Assembly: GCA_022826045.1 (NCBI GenBank)
Contig: JAJDVQ010000048.1
Span: forward strand, 2,998 to 66,997
Direction of reading: 5' to 3'
Length of the DNA stretch: 64,000 nucleotides
DNA from: Acidimicrobiia bacterium
Lineage (GTDB): Bacteria > Actinomycetota > Acidimicrobiia > Acidimicrobiales > Poriferisodalaceae
Shown: positions 28,486 through 37,728 of the stretch, in pieces
How positions within the stretch are numbered: the stretch's first letter is position 1
Layout of the letters: each line of letters starts with the position of its first letter
The notes under the pieces: generated by a model
Seen by the model: the letters and a program-made list of their open reading frames with translations, nothing else
Databases searched by the model: none
What the model was told of the DNA's origin: nothing
Translations under genes and position numbers: made by a program

Positions 28486-30171
28486 GTGAGCAATACAGGC
28501 ATGAGTGCATCTGACACCACCGGCACGACGCCCGAACCGGGCGCGTCAGCACCGCTCATCCGCGAAGGCGTACGCGATCCCTCGTGGCCTGAGCGAGTCG
28601 AGATCTTCGATACGACGCTGCGCGACGGCGTCCAGTTCGAAGGCATCTCGGTGTCGTCCGAAGACAAGCTCAAGGTGGCCCGCCAGCTCGATGTGCTGGG
28701 CATCCAGTGGATCGAAGGCGGGTGGCCCGGCTCGAATCCCAAGGACGAGGAGTTCTTCGCCCGGGCGGCGACCGAGCTGCAGCTCGAGCACGCCACGCTG
28801 GTGGCCTTCGGCTCAACGCGTCGGCCACGCGGACGTGTCGACGACGACCAGACCTTGGCGGCGCTGGTGGCGGCCGGCACATCCACGGTGTGCATCGTGG
28901 GCAAGTCGTGGGACTACCACGTCACCGAAGCGCTCCGGCAGCCGCTCAGCGAAGGCGTTGCCATGGTCGGCGACTCGATCGAGTTCCTCAAGGGCGAGGG
29001 GCTGCGCGTCTTCTTCGACGCGGAGCATTTCTTCGACGGTTACAAGCGCAATCCTGAGTTCGCGCTGTCGGTGCTCGAAGCGGCTGCGGTCAACGGGGCC
29101 GACTGCCTGGTGCTCTGCGACACCAACGGCGGCTCGCTGCCTCACGAGGTGGAGAACATCGTGCGCGAGGTGGTCGGCCACTTCGACGGCATCCAGATCG
29201 GCATGCACACCCAGAACGACACCGGCTGTGCGGTGGCCAACGCCGTGGCAGGCGTGATTGCCGGCGCCACCCACGTGCAGGGCACCGTCAACGGCTACGG
29301 GGAGCGCACCGGCAATTGCGACAACACCGTGCTGGTGCCGAACCTGACGCTCAAGATGGGCATCGAGACGGTGCCGCGGGAATGCCTGACCCGGTTCACG
29401 TCGGTGGCGCATCACGTCGCCGAGCTCATGAACATGCCGCCTCAGAACCAGCAGCCCTATGTGGGAACTTCGGCGTTTGCCCACAAGGCGGGCTTGCACA
29501 CCAGCGCCATCGCCCGCCGCCCCGACAGCTACGAGCACGTCGATCCCGCGGCAGTCGGCAACAGCACACGATTCCTGCTTGGGGATCTGTCTGGACGGGC
29601 GTCGGTGGAGCTGAAGGCGGCTGAACTCGGCATCGAGATCGACAAGGCCGCTATGGCCGATGTGGTCGATGAGCTGAAGCGGCTCGAGCACGCTGGCTAT
29701 CACTTCGAGGTAGCCGATGCCTCGCTGGAAATGCTGCTGCGCGAGGCCGCCGGCCAGACTTTCGACTTCTTCAAAGTCGAGTCGTTCAAGGTGCTGGTGG
29801 AGCGTGGCCGAGAGGCCACCTTCGACACAGAGGCGACGCTGCGCATCGTCGTCGGCGGTGACAGGCGGGTGACGGTCGGCGAGGGCGACGGACCTGTGAA
29901 CGCCCTCGACAACGCGTTCCGCCAAGCCGTGCGAGACGACTACCCCGAGCTCGATGCAATCCGCCTGACCGACTACAAGGTCCGGGTGCTCGATGCCGAC
30001 CGGGGCACTGAGGCAGTCACGAGGGTGCTCATCGACTCCACTGATGGTGAGGCGACTTGGACCACCATCGGCGTCTCGGAGAACATCATCGAGTCGTCCT
30101 GGCTCGCTCTGCGCGATTCGGTCCTCTACGCGCTCATGCGGCACCGCCTGGGCGACAGCCCGAGTCAGTAG
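28486..30171 (+). CDS. cimA: Citramalate synthase / 2-isopropylmalate synthase-family enzyme (CimA-type)
   Basis: [54 protein letters not shown]...; C-terminal LeuA-dimer regulatory domain present. Length and N-terminal pattern resemble CimA more than LeuA, but the assignment needs phylogeny. Confidence 0.8.
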   Translation: MSNTGMSASDTTGTTPEPGASAPLIREGVRDPSWPERVEIFDTTLRDGVQFEGISVSSEDKLKVARQLDVLGIQWIEGGWPGSNPKDEEFFARAATELQLEHATLVAFGSTRRPRGRVDDDQTLAALVAAGTSTVCIVGKSWDYHVTEALRQPLSEGVAMVGDSIEFLKGEGLRVFFDAEHFFDGYKRNPEFALSVLEAAAVNGADCLVLCDTNGGSLPHEVENIVREVVGHFDGIQIGMHTQNDTGCAVANAVAGVIAGATHVQGTVNGYGERTGNCDNTVLVPNLTLKMGIETVPRECLTRFTSVAHHVAELMNMPPQNQQPYVGTSAFAHKAGLHTSAIARRPDSYEHVDPAAVGNSTRFLLGDLSGRASVELKAAELGIEIDKAAMADVVDELKRLEHAGYHFEVADASLEMLLREAAGQTFDFFKVESFKVLVERGREATFDTEATLRIVVGGDRRVTVGEGDGPVNALDNAFRQAVRDDYPELDAIRLTDYKVRVLDADRGTEAVTRVLIDSTDGEATWTTIGVSENIIESSWLALRDSVLYALMRHRLGDSPSQ

Positions 30172-30273
30172 CTCATGCCGTTCGGGCCACGGCTTCGCCC
30201 CGTGCTGCCCGCTCTTGTTCGCTTCGCTCACGGGCCGCTAGGCCCCGGGGCTCAGCCTCTAGGCTGCGCGGCA

Positions 30274-30804
30274 ATGGCTGCACCGCGCCACGTCCGGGTC
30301 GGGCCGCTCAGCGAAGTCCGTGCGTACTCGTCGCCGGAGGTGACACCGCGGCGCTGGCGTGCCGAGCGTCCCGGCGACCTCGCCAGCGGGCAGCCCACCG
30401 GCGCGTCGCGCGGACATCAGGGACCTGACCAGGGGTACGCATACGGTCTCGTGCACCTGTTCGACGACCGGGTGCTGCTCGTCGATGGCGAGGATCGGCA
30501 CGATGTCGACGCAGGCTGTGTTGCCGTCGCGCTCAAGCGCGCCTCGATCTTCGGGCGGGCACCAGTCGTGTGGGACCTCGAAGCGGGCTACTTGGCGTTC
30601 GGCTTCCTTGACTCGCAGCCGCCAGCAGAATTGGTGGCGCGACGGATGGCACTCTTCGAGGGAGTCGCGGAATCGCACCACTACAGCGAGGTCCGCAAGC
30701 TGGTGGCCTGCGTCCCGACCGCAGTGCTGGCGCTGACTCCTGCCGATATCAGGCGCCGCTACGAGACCGATCCCATGGGCCTGACGCGTGACCCAACCCG
30801 ATGA
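30274..30804 (+). CDS. Hypothetical protein (no family recognised)
   Basis: Strong G+C third-position bias from about 30274 on. MAAPRHVRVGPLSEV...GYAYGLVHLFDDRVLLVDGEDRHDVDAGCVAVALKRASIFG... The track ORF begins at 30175, but the first 33 codons look non-coding. Stop overlaps the next start (ATGA). Confidence 0.55.
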   Translation: MAAPRHVRVGPLSEVRAYSSPEVTPRRWRAERPGDLASGQPTGASRGHQGPDQGYAYGLVHLFDDRVLLVDGEDRHDVDAGCVAVALKRASIFGRAPVVWDLEAGYLAFGFLDSQPPAELVARRMALFEGVAESHHYSEVRKLVACVPTAVLALTPADIRRRYETDPMGLTRDPTR

Positions 30805-31520
30805 GCGACCGGACCGCCCCACCCACGGCAACACTGACTGAGACTTCCATGGCCCAAACGACGACTCCGGATTCCGCCACGACCCTCCCGCCCCAGACCG
30901 ACCGTGAGCTCGTGCGGCTGCACCGTCGGGCGTGCACCGACTTCGCTGCCCGGATGCGGCTGCCGGCCTGGGAGCACATGGCGATGCCGCTGTCGCCGCC
31001 GCTCGAGTCCCGCACCGTGGCCGACCTGCTCGCGCGCGTCGCCGACGGGAACTTGGCGGCCGCAGCGCAGATGAGCGGCCAGCCGCCGCCGCCTCCGGTC
31101 GAGATACCGACACCCGCGGCGGGCGCCTCCTTGGGCTTCGGCCGGCGCTCCGAGGATCGTCCCGATCCGACGCAGCCCGTCGTCGAGAGCGTGCGCACAG
31201 TGCTCGCAGTCGCTGCTGGACTCGATGCCGGCGCAGGCTTCAGCCCCCGGCTGCGTGACCTGCTGTGGACGCGTGTCGTGGAGCTGACGATCTTGGGCTA
31301 CGACCTCCAGCAGGCCATCAGTGCCGGCGCCGGGCTCGATGAACTGCTCGTGGACAGGGTTCAGGCCGCGGCGCCCCCGGTTCAGGTCTGGCCGGGTCTC
31401 GAACCGCTCGCAGTCGATCTGTCCACCCCGCCGTTGCAGCGACTGCTCGCGCTGGCCGGCCGGCCGGTCGGTCGTTGGGTCGACGCCTCGGATCCGAACT
31501 GCAGCACCGGCCAGTGCTGA
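30801..31520 (+). CDS. Hypothetical protein, possibly DinB/maleylpyruvate-isomerase-N-terminal-like (TIGR03086-like)
   Basis: 239 aa; ...LVRLHRRACTDFAARMRLPAWEHMAMPL...RTVADLLARV...VVELTILGYDLQQAI...; weak resemblance only. Confidence 0.5.
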   Translation: MSDRTAPPTATLTETSMAQTTTPDSATTLPPQTDRELVRLHRRACTDFAARMRLPAWEHMAMPLSPPLESRTVADLLARVADGNLAAAAQMSGQPPPPPVEIPTPAAGASLGFGRRSEDRPDPTQPVVESVRTVLAVAAGLDAGAGFSPRLRDLLWTRVVELTILGYDLQQAISAGAGLDELLVDRVQAAAPPVQVWPGLEPLAVDLSTPPLQRLLALAGRPVGRWVDASDPNCSTGQC

Positions 31521-32923
31521 GCGGCGCCGCGAGCACCAGCAGCCCGGCGCCTTCCGACGGTGACGGAGCCGACCGCACGTCGGTGACGCCCCGCCCGCGG
31601 CTGCGATTCGCACCGGCCCCCACTGGGCTGCCGCATCTGGGCACCGCGAGGACAGCGCTGTTCAACTGGCTCTACGCCCGCCACTGCGGGGGCGAGATGG
31701 TGCTGCGCATCGAGGACACCAATGCCGAGCTGGCGACGCCCGCCCACATCGAGCAGATCCTCGAGATGCTCGAGTGGCTGGGTCTGGATTTCGACGGCGA
31801 TCCGGTCTTCCAGAGCGAGCGAGCCAGCCTGTATGACGCCGCGATCGAGCGTTGGCTCGACAGCGGGCAGGCGTATCTCGACGAGGGTGCGGTGCGATTC
31901 TCCGTGCCCGACGAGGGTGTGACGGCCTTCGACGACGTCGTTCGGGGCCGCGTCGAGTTCCCCAACGCCTCCATCGAGGATTTCGTGGTGAAGCGCAGCG
32001 ACGGCAGCGCGACGTTCTTCGTCGCCAACGCAGTCGACGATCTCGAACTCGGCATCACGCACGTCTGCAGGGGCGAAGATCTGCTCAACACGACACCGCG
32101 GGTGGTGCTGCTGCGCGCCGCGCTGGGTGCGACCGACGTGCCGACGTTCGCCCACCTGCCGCTCATCGTCAACAAGCAGCGCAAGAAGCTCTCCAAGCGG
32201 CGTGACGACGTGTCGCTCACGAGCTACCGCGACCAGGGTGTGCTGCCCGAAGCCATGGTCAACTACTTGGCATTGCTGGGCTGGGGACCTCCCGACGACG
32301 TGGAGGTGCGGCCGCTCGCGGAGATCGTCGAGTTGTTCGATCTCGCTGATGTGAACGCGGCACCCGCGATGTTCGACATGGACAAGCTCACGGCGGTCAA
32401 TGGCGAGTACCTGCGCGCGCTCGACGACGCAGGCTTCGCTGCTGCAATCGAACCATGGGTGCACGACCGGCCCTGGGGAGCGGGCCTCGACCGCGCGGCA
32501 CTGAGCAAAGTCGCTCCGCTGATCCGTGAGCGCACGCGACTGCTGTCCGATGCTCCCGATCGCATCGCTTTTCTGTTCGCGGAGCCCGAGATCGACGACG
32601 CCGCCTGGGATGCCGCGCTGGCGCCGCCGGCAGGCGACATCCTCGATCGCGCGCTCGACGACTTCTCCCGGGTGGAATGGACGGCCGATTCGCTGCACGC
32701 CTGTCTGCGTTCGATCGGGGAGCAATTCGGTCTCAAGCTGGGCAAGGCGCAGGCCCCGGTTCGCGTCGCGATCACCGGCCGCGCGGTCGGTCCGCCGCTG
32801 TTCGAATCGCTCGAGCTGCTGGGCCGCGACACCGCCCTGGGCCGGCTCGACGCAGCGCGGCAGCGACTCCGCCGTACCGGCTCACCAGCGGGACAATCCG
32901 GCAATTCGGCCGGGTCTTCCTGA
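31514..32923 (+). CDS. gltX: Glutamyl-tRNA synthetase
   Basis: RLRFAPAPTGLPHLGTARTALFNWLYARH...VLRIEDTN (HIGH-type motif), KLSKR (KMSKS motif). GTG at 31514 overlaps the upstream stop (GTGCTGA). Alternative GTG about 31583. Confidence 0.9.
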   Translation: MLSGAASTSSPAPSDGDGADRTSVTPRPRLRFAPAPTGLPHLGTARTALFNWLYARHCGGEMVLRIEDTNAELATPAHIEQILEMLEWLGLDFDGDPVFQSERASLYDAAIERWLDSGQAYLDEGAVRFSVPDEGVTAFDDVVRGRVEFPNASIEDFVVKRSDGSATFFVANAVDDLELGITHVCRGEDLLNTTPRVVLLRAALGATDVPTFAHLPLIVNKQRKKLSKRRDDVSLTSYRDQGVLPEAMVNYLALLGWGPPDDVEVRPLAEIVELFDLADVNAAPAMFDMDKLTAVNGEYLRALDDAGFAAAIEPWVHDRPWGAGLDRAALSKVAPLIRERTRLLSDAPDRIAFLFAEPEIDDAAWDAALAPPAGDILDRALDDFSRVEWTADSLHACLRSIGEQFGLKLGKAQAPVRVAITGRAVGPPLFESLELLGRDTALGRLDAARQRLRRTGSPAGQSGNSAGSS

Positions 32924-32950
32924 TGCCGCGCCACTAGCCTGATCGTGCCC

Positions 32951-33025
32951 TCGGGGATGGTGTAATCGGCAACACAACTGGTTCTGGTCCAGTCATTGGG
33001 GGTTCGAGTCCTCCTCCCCGAACCA
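32951..33025 (+). tRNA. tRNA-Gln (anticodon CTG)
   Basis: Hand-folded cloverleaf: acceptor TCGGGGA/TCCCCGA, D stem GTGT/ACAC, anticodon stem ACTGG/CCAGT with loop TTCTGGT, T arm GGGGG-TTCGAGT-CCTCC, discriminator A, encoded CCA. 75 nt. Confidence 0.9.
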
Positions 33026-33084
33026 GCCGGCTGCGAGCGCCCTGCCGGCACGCAGGCCTCCGATGCGACCGGGGGTGCGCTGCG

Positions 33085-33102
33085 CCAGACATCCCAGACA
33101 TC
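33085..33102. repeat. Perfect 9-bp tandem duplication CCAGACATC x2
   Basis: Read directly in the tRNA-Gln/livG intergenic region. Confidence 0.7.
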
Positions 33103-33260
33103 GCCGGGAGCATTTGCACATGTCGCTTCGTCGTGACCTAACATCACCCGCTGGCCCGGCCCCCATGGGGTTCCATCCGGAAAGACACGAGGCCGAGCCG
33201 ACCTGATAACTTGCCTGCGGCCGGTCTCTGGATCGGCACGGACCTGAGGGGGTTCAGCGC

Positions 33261-34022
33261 GTGGCGTTGCTCGAAGTCCAAGACATCTCTGTGCAGTTCG
33301 GAGGCATTCGTGCGCTCGACGATTTGTCGTTCTCTCTGGACGAGGGACAGATCCTCGGACTCATCGGACCGAATGGCGCCGGCAAGACCACCTTGTTCAA
33401 CGTGGTCAGCCGCATCTACGACCCGACGACAGGGTCGTTGACATTCGACGGGCACGATCTGCTCTCGATGCCGGCGCATCAGATCAGCCGGGTCGGCGTC
33501 TACCGCACGTTCCAGAACCTTGCGTTGTGGCGCGGCATGACGGTGATCGAGAACGTGATGGTGGGTGACCACACCAACACCAAGGCCAACTTCTTCACTG
33601 CGGCGTTCCGACTCGGCACCCGCAAGGAGGAGAGGGATCTGCGCCGACGAGCATGGGAGGCGCTCGAAGAACTCGGCCTCGAAGAACACGCCTACCACCC
33701 GGCGGCCGGCCTGCCGTTCGGCACGCTCAAGCGCATCGAGTTGGCTAGAGCACTGATCGCCAACCCGCGCCTCATCATGCTGGACGAGCCGGCGTCGGGC
33801 CTCACCCACCAAGAGGTCGACTCGCTCGCTCAGGACATCAAGGACCTGCGCGATCGTCACAACCTTTCGATTCTCTTGGTCGAGCACCACATGCGCATGG
33901 TGCTCAACATCAGCGAGCACCTCGTGGTGCTCAACTTCGGCCGCAAGATCGCCGACGGCCATCCCGACCTCGTGCGGAATGATCCGGAGGTCATCGAGGC
34001 GTACTTGGGGAGTTCGTCATGA
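33261..34022 (+). CDS. livG: Branched-chain amino-acid-type ABC transporter ATP-binding protein (LivG-like)
   Basis: [45 protein letters not shown]...; LivG-type C-terminus ...[10 protein letters not shown]. Confidence 0.9.
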   Translation: MALLEVQDISVQFGGIRALDDLSFSLDEGQILGLIGPNGAGKTTLFNVVSRIYDPTTGSLTFDGHDLLSMPAHQISRVGVYRTFQNLALWRGMTVIENVMVGDHTNTKANFFTAAFRLGTRKEERDLRRRAWEALEELGLEEHAYHPAAGLPFGTLKRIELARALIANPRLIMLDEPASGLTHQEVDSLAQDIKDLRDRHNLSILLVEHHMRMVLNISEHLVVLNFGRKIADGHPDLVRNDPEVIEAYLGSSS

Positions 34023-34732
34023 CCGAGATGATGCTGAAGGTCGAAGACCTGCACGCGCGTTACGGGGCTGTCGAAGTCCTGCGCGGCCTGGGCTTCGAGG
34101 TGCCGGATCGCAGCGTGGTGGTGATCCTCGGCGCCAACGGCGCCGGCAAGACCACGACGCTGCGGGCGCTGTGCAACATGTGCACCACATCGGGCTCGAT
34201 CCTGTTAGAGGGCGAAGACATCTCCCGGGCCAAGACAGCCGACATCGTTCGCCGCGGTGTCGCCCATGTGCCGCAAGGCCGGGGCACGTTCCCCGAGCTG
34301 TCAGTCATGGACAACCTCAGGATCGGTGCCTACATCCGGCGGGACAAAGAGGTCAACGCCGACATCGGCCGCTGGTTCGAGATCTTCCCCCGCCTCGAGG
34401 AACGCCGCGATCAGCTCGCCGGTTCACTTTCGGGCGGCGAGCAGCAGATGCTGGCTGTCGCCCGGGCGCTGATGTGCCGACCGAGGCTGCTGCTGCTGGA
34501 CGAGCCGTCGCTGGGTCTGGCGCCGCTCATCATCGAGGACCTGTTCGAACGATTCATTCAGCTCAACAAGGAGACAGGGCTCACCATGCTCCTTGTCGAG
34601 CAGAACGCCAACTTGGCGCTGGACATGGCCGATTACGCCTACGTGATCGAGAGCGGCGAAATCGCTCTGCATGGACCAGCCGACCAGCTCAAGAACGATC
34701 CTGCTGTGCAGGAAGCGTACTTGGGCGCCTAG
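34019..34732 (+). CDS. livF: Branched-chain amino-acid-type ABC transporter ATP-binding protein (LivF-like)
   Basis: MLKVEDLHARYGAVEVLRGLGFEV...GANGAGKTTTLRA...LSGGEQQMLAVARAL...LLLLDEPSLGLAP. ATGA overlap with livG. Confidence 0.9.
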   Translation: MTEMMLKVEDLHARYGAVEVLRGLGFEVPDRSVVVILGANGAGKTTTLRALCNMCTTSGSILLEGEDISRAKTADIVRRGVAHVPQGRGTFPELSVMDNLRIGAYIRRDKEVNADIGRWFEIFPRLEERRDQLAGSLSGGEQQMLAVARALMCRPRLLLLDEPSLGLAPLIIEDLFERFIQLNKETGLTMLLVEQNANLALDMADYAYVIESGEIALHGPADQLKNDPAVQEAYLGA

Positions 34733-34755
34733 AGCGAAGGGACTCAAGCAAGATC

Positions 34756-35814
34756 ATGGAATGGCAATGGGACGTACTGCCGCAATTCGCCTTCAATGGC
34801 CTGCGTGAGGGTGCGGTCTTTGCGGCAGTCGCGCTGGCACTAGTACTGATCTTCAAGGCGACCACCCTCATCAACTTTGCTACGGGCGAGCTCGCGATGC
34901 TGGGCGCGTTCCTGATGTACATATTGAACGTCGAGCAGGGCATGTGGCTGTGGCTGTCGATTGTGCTTGCCATGCTCATCAGTGCTGGAATCGGGGCGGC
35001 AGTCGAACGCGCTCTGGTAAGGCCGTTCGACCCGGACGACCACCTGCCGGTGGTGCTGATCACGCTTGGCCTGTTCTTGATCGTGAACGCCGTCGCGGGT
35101 GACATCTGGGACTACCAGCTGCGCCCGGTGAACGAGCCCTTCGGCACCTTTCCCAGCTGGGCGCCGAGCAGCCAAGAGCTGAAGGAAGTCGCCGACGGCT
35201 CGATTTCGTGCGTCAAGGTGTCCTCGGGCAACTTCGTCGAAGCGACTGCGGGTGCCGCGGATGCAACGACGTGCGAGCTGGCCGGCCGTACCTACTGGAC
35301 GATCCTCAACGCAAACGTCGACTACCGCACCCTCGGCACGTGGGTGACGCTTGCTGTGGCGCTTGCGGCGCTCTTCATGGTGCTTGGCAGGACAAAGGCG
35401 GGCTTGGCGTTCCGTGCGGTCTCCTCGAGCGCCGAATCGGCCCGGCTCGTCGGCGTCAATACCGGCCGGACGCTCGGCTTCGGTTGGGCATTGGCATCCG
35501 TGTTCGGAACGCTCGGAGCGGCGCTTGTGGCGCCATCGCTCAATGGCGTCAATCCCAACATGATGCAGTTCATCCTCATCTATGCACTGGCTGGCGCTGC
35601 GCTCGGCGGTCTCGACAGCCTGGGCGGCGCGATCATCGGCGGCATCGTCGTTGGGCTCATCAAGGGCGTCGTCGTGAGCTGGTTCTTCGTCCAGGTCATG
35701 GGGTGGGCCTTCTTTTCCATCTTGCAACTCGCAACGGCGTTCATGCTGATCCTGGTCGTGCTGCTCTTCCGGCCTTCGGGCCTCTTTGGCACTCGCCGCA
35801 TCGAGCGCGTCTAG
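34756..35814 (+). CDS. livH: LivH-type ABC permease (copy 1) with an enlarged extracytoplasmic loop
   Basis: MEWQWDVLPQFAFNGLREGAVFAAVALALVLIFKATTLINFATGELAMLGAF... Start trimmed from the fused track ORF 33979..35814 to ATG 34756. Confidence 0.85.
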   Translation: MEWQWDVLPQFAFNGLREGAVFAAVALALVLIFKATTLINFATGELAMLGAFLMYILNVEQGMWLWLSIVLAMLISAGIGAAVERALVRPFDPDDHLPVVLITLGLFLIVNAVAGDIWDYQLRPVNEPFGTFPSWAPSSQELKEVADGSISCVKVSSGNFVEATAGAADATTCELAGRTYWTILNANVDYRTLGTWVTLAVALAALFMVLGRTKAGLAFRAVSSSAESARLVGVNTGRTLGFGWALASVFGTLGAALVAPSLNGVNPNMMQFILIYALAGAALGGLDSLGGAIIGGIVVGLIKGVVVSWFFVQVMGWAFFSILQLATAFMLILVVLLFRPSGLFGTRRIERV

Positions 35815-35842
35815 AAAACGTATCGAAGGGAGTCGTTGATTC

Positions 35843-37666
35843 ATGAGTTCGCCATTGATCGTCGTTTCCAAAGGCGACCGTCAGCATCGTCAGTGGAACA
35901 CCCTGTACTGGGGCTATGCCATCGCTTTGGCAATCCTTGTGCCCTTGGTGCTGCAGCCATTCCAGATCGGCCGCATGAATCGAGCGATCGTGATGATCGT
36001 CGCCGTTCTGGCGGTGAATCTGGTGGTGGGATTCAACGGCATGCTCGCATTGGGGCATTCTGCGTTCATGGGGATCGGTGCATTCGTCACTGCCTCGATG
36101 GTGCAGGACGAATCCTGGGACTACTGGATGATCATCCCGCTCGTCTTGGTTCTGGGATTCGCTGTCGGGGTCGTCGTCGGGCTGCCCGCTCTGCGCGTCA
36201 AGGGGTTATACCTAGCCTTGGTCACTATCGCGCAGGCGGCGGTCTTCCCGACGTTGGTCAACATAGATGAACTCGGCATCGCGGAACGCACGGGCGGACC
36301 GAATGGCAAGAAGGTCGAGGAAGAGGTCGACCGCCAAGTCGACAGCCTCTCCGGCTATTTCGAGTTCTTGCCTGGCGTTGACGGTGCCCGGGGCGCTGAT
36401 GCATACCGCTACTGGATCATCTTGTTCATTACGGCGATAGTCGTTCTGCTCGTGCGCAACATCATGCGCAGCCGTGCCGGACGAGCGGTGCTGGCTATCC
36501 GTGACAACGAGGCTGGTGCTGCCGTCTACGGCGTCAATTTGCCGATGTACAAGACGCTCAACTTTGCCTTGAGCGCGTCGCTCGGCTCACTCGCAGGACT
36601 CCTGTGGTGCTTGGACAAGGGCTTCGTTGCCGGGCAGGACTTCACTTTCCTGCTTGCCATCGAACTCATCATCGGTTTGGTGATCGGTGGTGTGGGGACA
36701 TTGCAGGGCTCGGTGCTTGGTGGCCTCTTTGTGGTCTGGGTTCGCGACCTCACCAAGAGAATCAGCATCCCGATGGGCTTCTACACGCTTGACGGCGACG
36801 GCCCCCTGTCCAACGCCATCTTCGGTTTGATCTTGATTCTGTTCACCTTCTTTGCGCCAGGCGGCATTGCCTCGATGGTCACTGCAGTGCAGAAAAGGAT
36901 CATCCAGGTTGTGCCGCTGACGCCGGCGGGAGATCCCATCACACCGCTGGAGCGCCTCGACCCGGGCCCGTCTTCGACCCGGTCGGCATGGGCACTCAGA
37001 CTCGCAGTCATCGGCCCAGTGCTGCTGGTGATCGGCTGGGTGCTGATGAACGTCGACAACCTCATCGTCGGGGTGTTCGCGTTCCTCTTGCGGTTTGCCA
37101 TCGTGGTGCTGGCGCCGATTGTCGTGTTGGTCGCGATGAACGAACGACTCGGGGCGCGAGCCGGCCTGCGGGGCGAGAATGCCGCTGCGGTGACCTCTCG
37201 GGCCACGTTGGCAGGCGTCATCGGCGTTCTCAGCTTTGCCTATGTCAAGACGTTTGCCCTCAACCTGGCGCTCCGGGCGCATCATGTGACGCATCTCGCA
37301 CGTGAGGCGGTCGTGACCGATGGCGGGAGGGAGCGGCCGGTGGTTCCCTTGGTCTCAGAAGCGGCGAAGTACAAAGACTTCAAGGGCACTCCTGGCGAAT
37401 TCTGCAGCTCTGGACCAGGGGGAGAGTTCAACGATTGGTCTGTTGACGAGCTCTGCGGCATCTCTTCCGAGGCGATCGAAGCCAGCGAGACGCCGGTGGG
37501 GTGGTGGCTGATCGCATGGCCCACGCAGAGTTTGCTCGCATTGGTGCTGAGCCTCGCATCCATCGCCGTGACGCTGCTGGTGGGCTTCCGATACTTCGTG
37601 TTCTCGAACTCGAATCTCGAGCCTGCCAAGGCGGAGACCTCGGAGCGAGAAGACGCCACTGCCTAA
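35843..37666 (+). CDS. livM: LivM-type ABC permease (copy 1) fused to a ~260-aa C-terminal multi-TM extension
   Basis: N-terminal ~350 aa: ...AVLAVNLVVGFNGMLALGHSAFMGIGAFVTA...LPALRVKGLYLALVTIA... (LivM signature). The same frame then continues without a stop through four further hydrophobic segments to 37666. Confidence 0.8.
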   Translation: MSSPLIVVSKGDRQHRQWNTLYWGYAIALAILVPLVLQPFQIGRMNRAIVMIVAVLAVNLVVGFNGMLALGHSAFMGIGAFVTASMVQDESWDYWMIIPLVLVLGFAVGVVVGLPALRVKGLYLALVTIAQAAVFPTLVNIDELGIAERTGGPNGKKVEEEVDRQVDSLSGYFEFLPGVDGARGADAYRYWIILFITAIVVLLVRNIMRSRAGRAVLAIRDNEAGAAVYGVNLPMYKTLNFALSASLGSLAGLLWCLDKGFVAGQDFTFLLAIELIIGLVIGGVGTLQGSVLGGLFVVWVRDLTKRISIPMGFYTLDGDGPLSNAIFGLILILFTFFAPGGIASMVTAVQKRIIQVVPLTPAGDPITPLERLDPGPSSTRSAWALRLAVIGPVLLVIGWVLMNVDNLIVGVFAFLLRFAIVVLAPIVVLVAMNERLGARAGLRGENAAAVTSRATLAGVIGVLSFAYVKTFALNLALRAHHVTHLAREAVVTDGGRERPVVPLVSEAAKYKDFKGTPGEFCSSGPGGEFNDWSVDELCGISSEAIEASETPVGWWLIAWPTQSLLALVLSLASIAVTLLVGFRYFVFSNSNLEPAKAETSEREDATA

Positions 37667-37728
37667 CCCCTATTGGCCTCCGCTGCCGGGAGGCACAATC
37701 GGTCGCGAGGCTGAGCTGAGAGTATGAC

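Noticed and set aside
30175-30273. First 33 codons of track ORF 30175..30804
   Set aside because: Codon third positions are A/T-rich relative to the rest of the ORF, and the peptide (MPFGPRLRPVLPALVRFAHGPLGPGAQPLGCAA) looks non-coding. The start was moved to ATG 30274, although the upstream ATG cannot be excluded.
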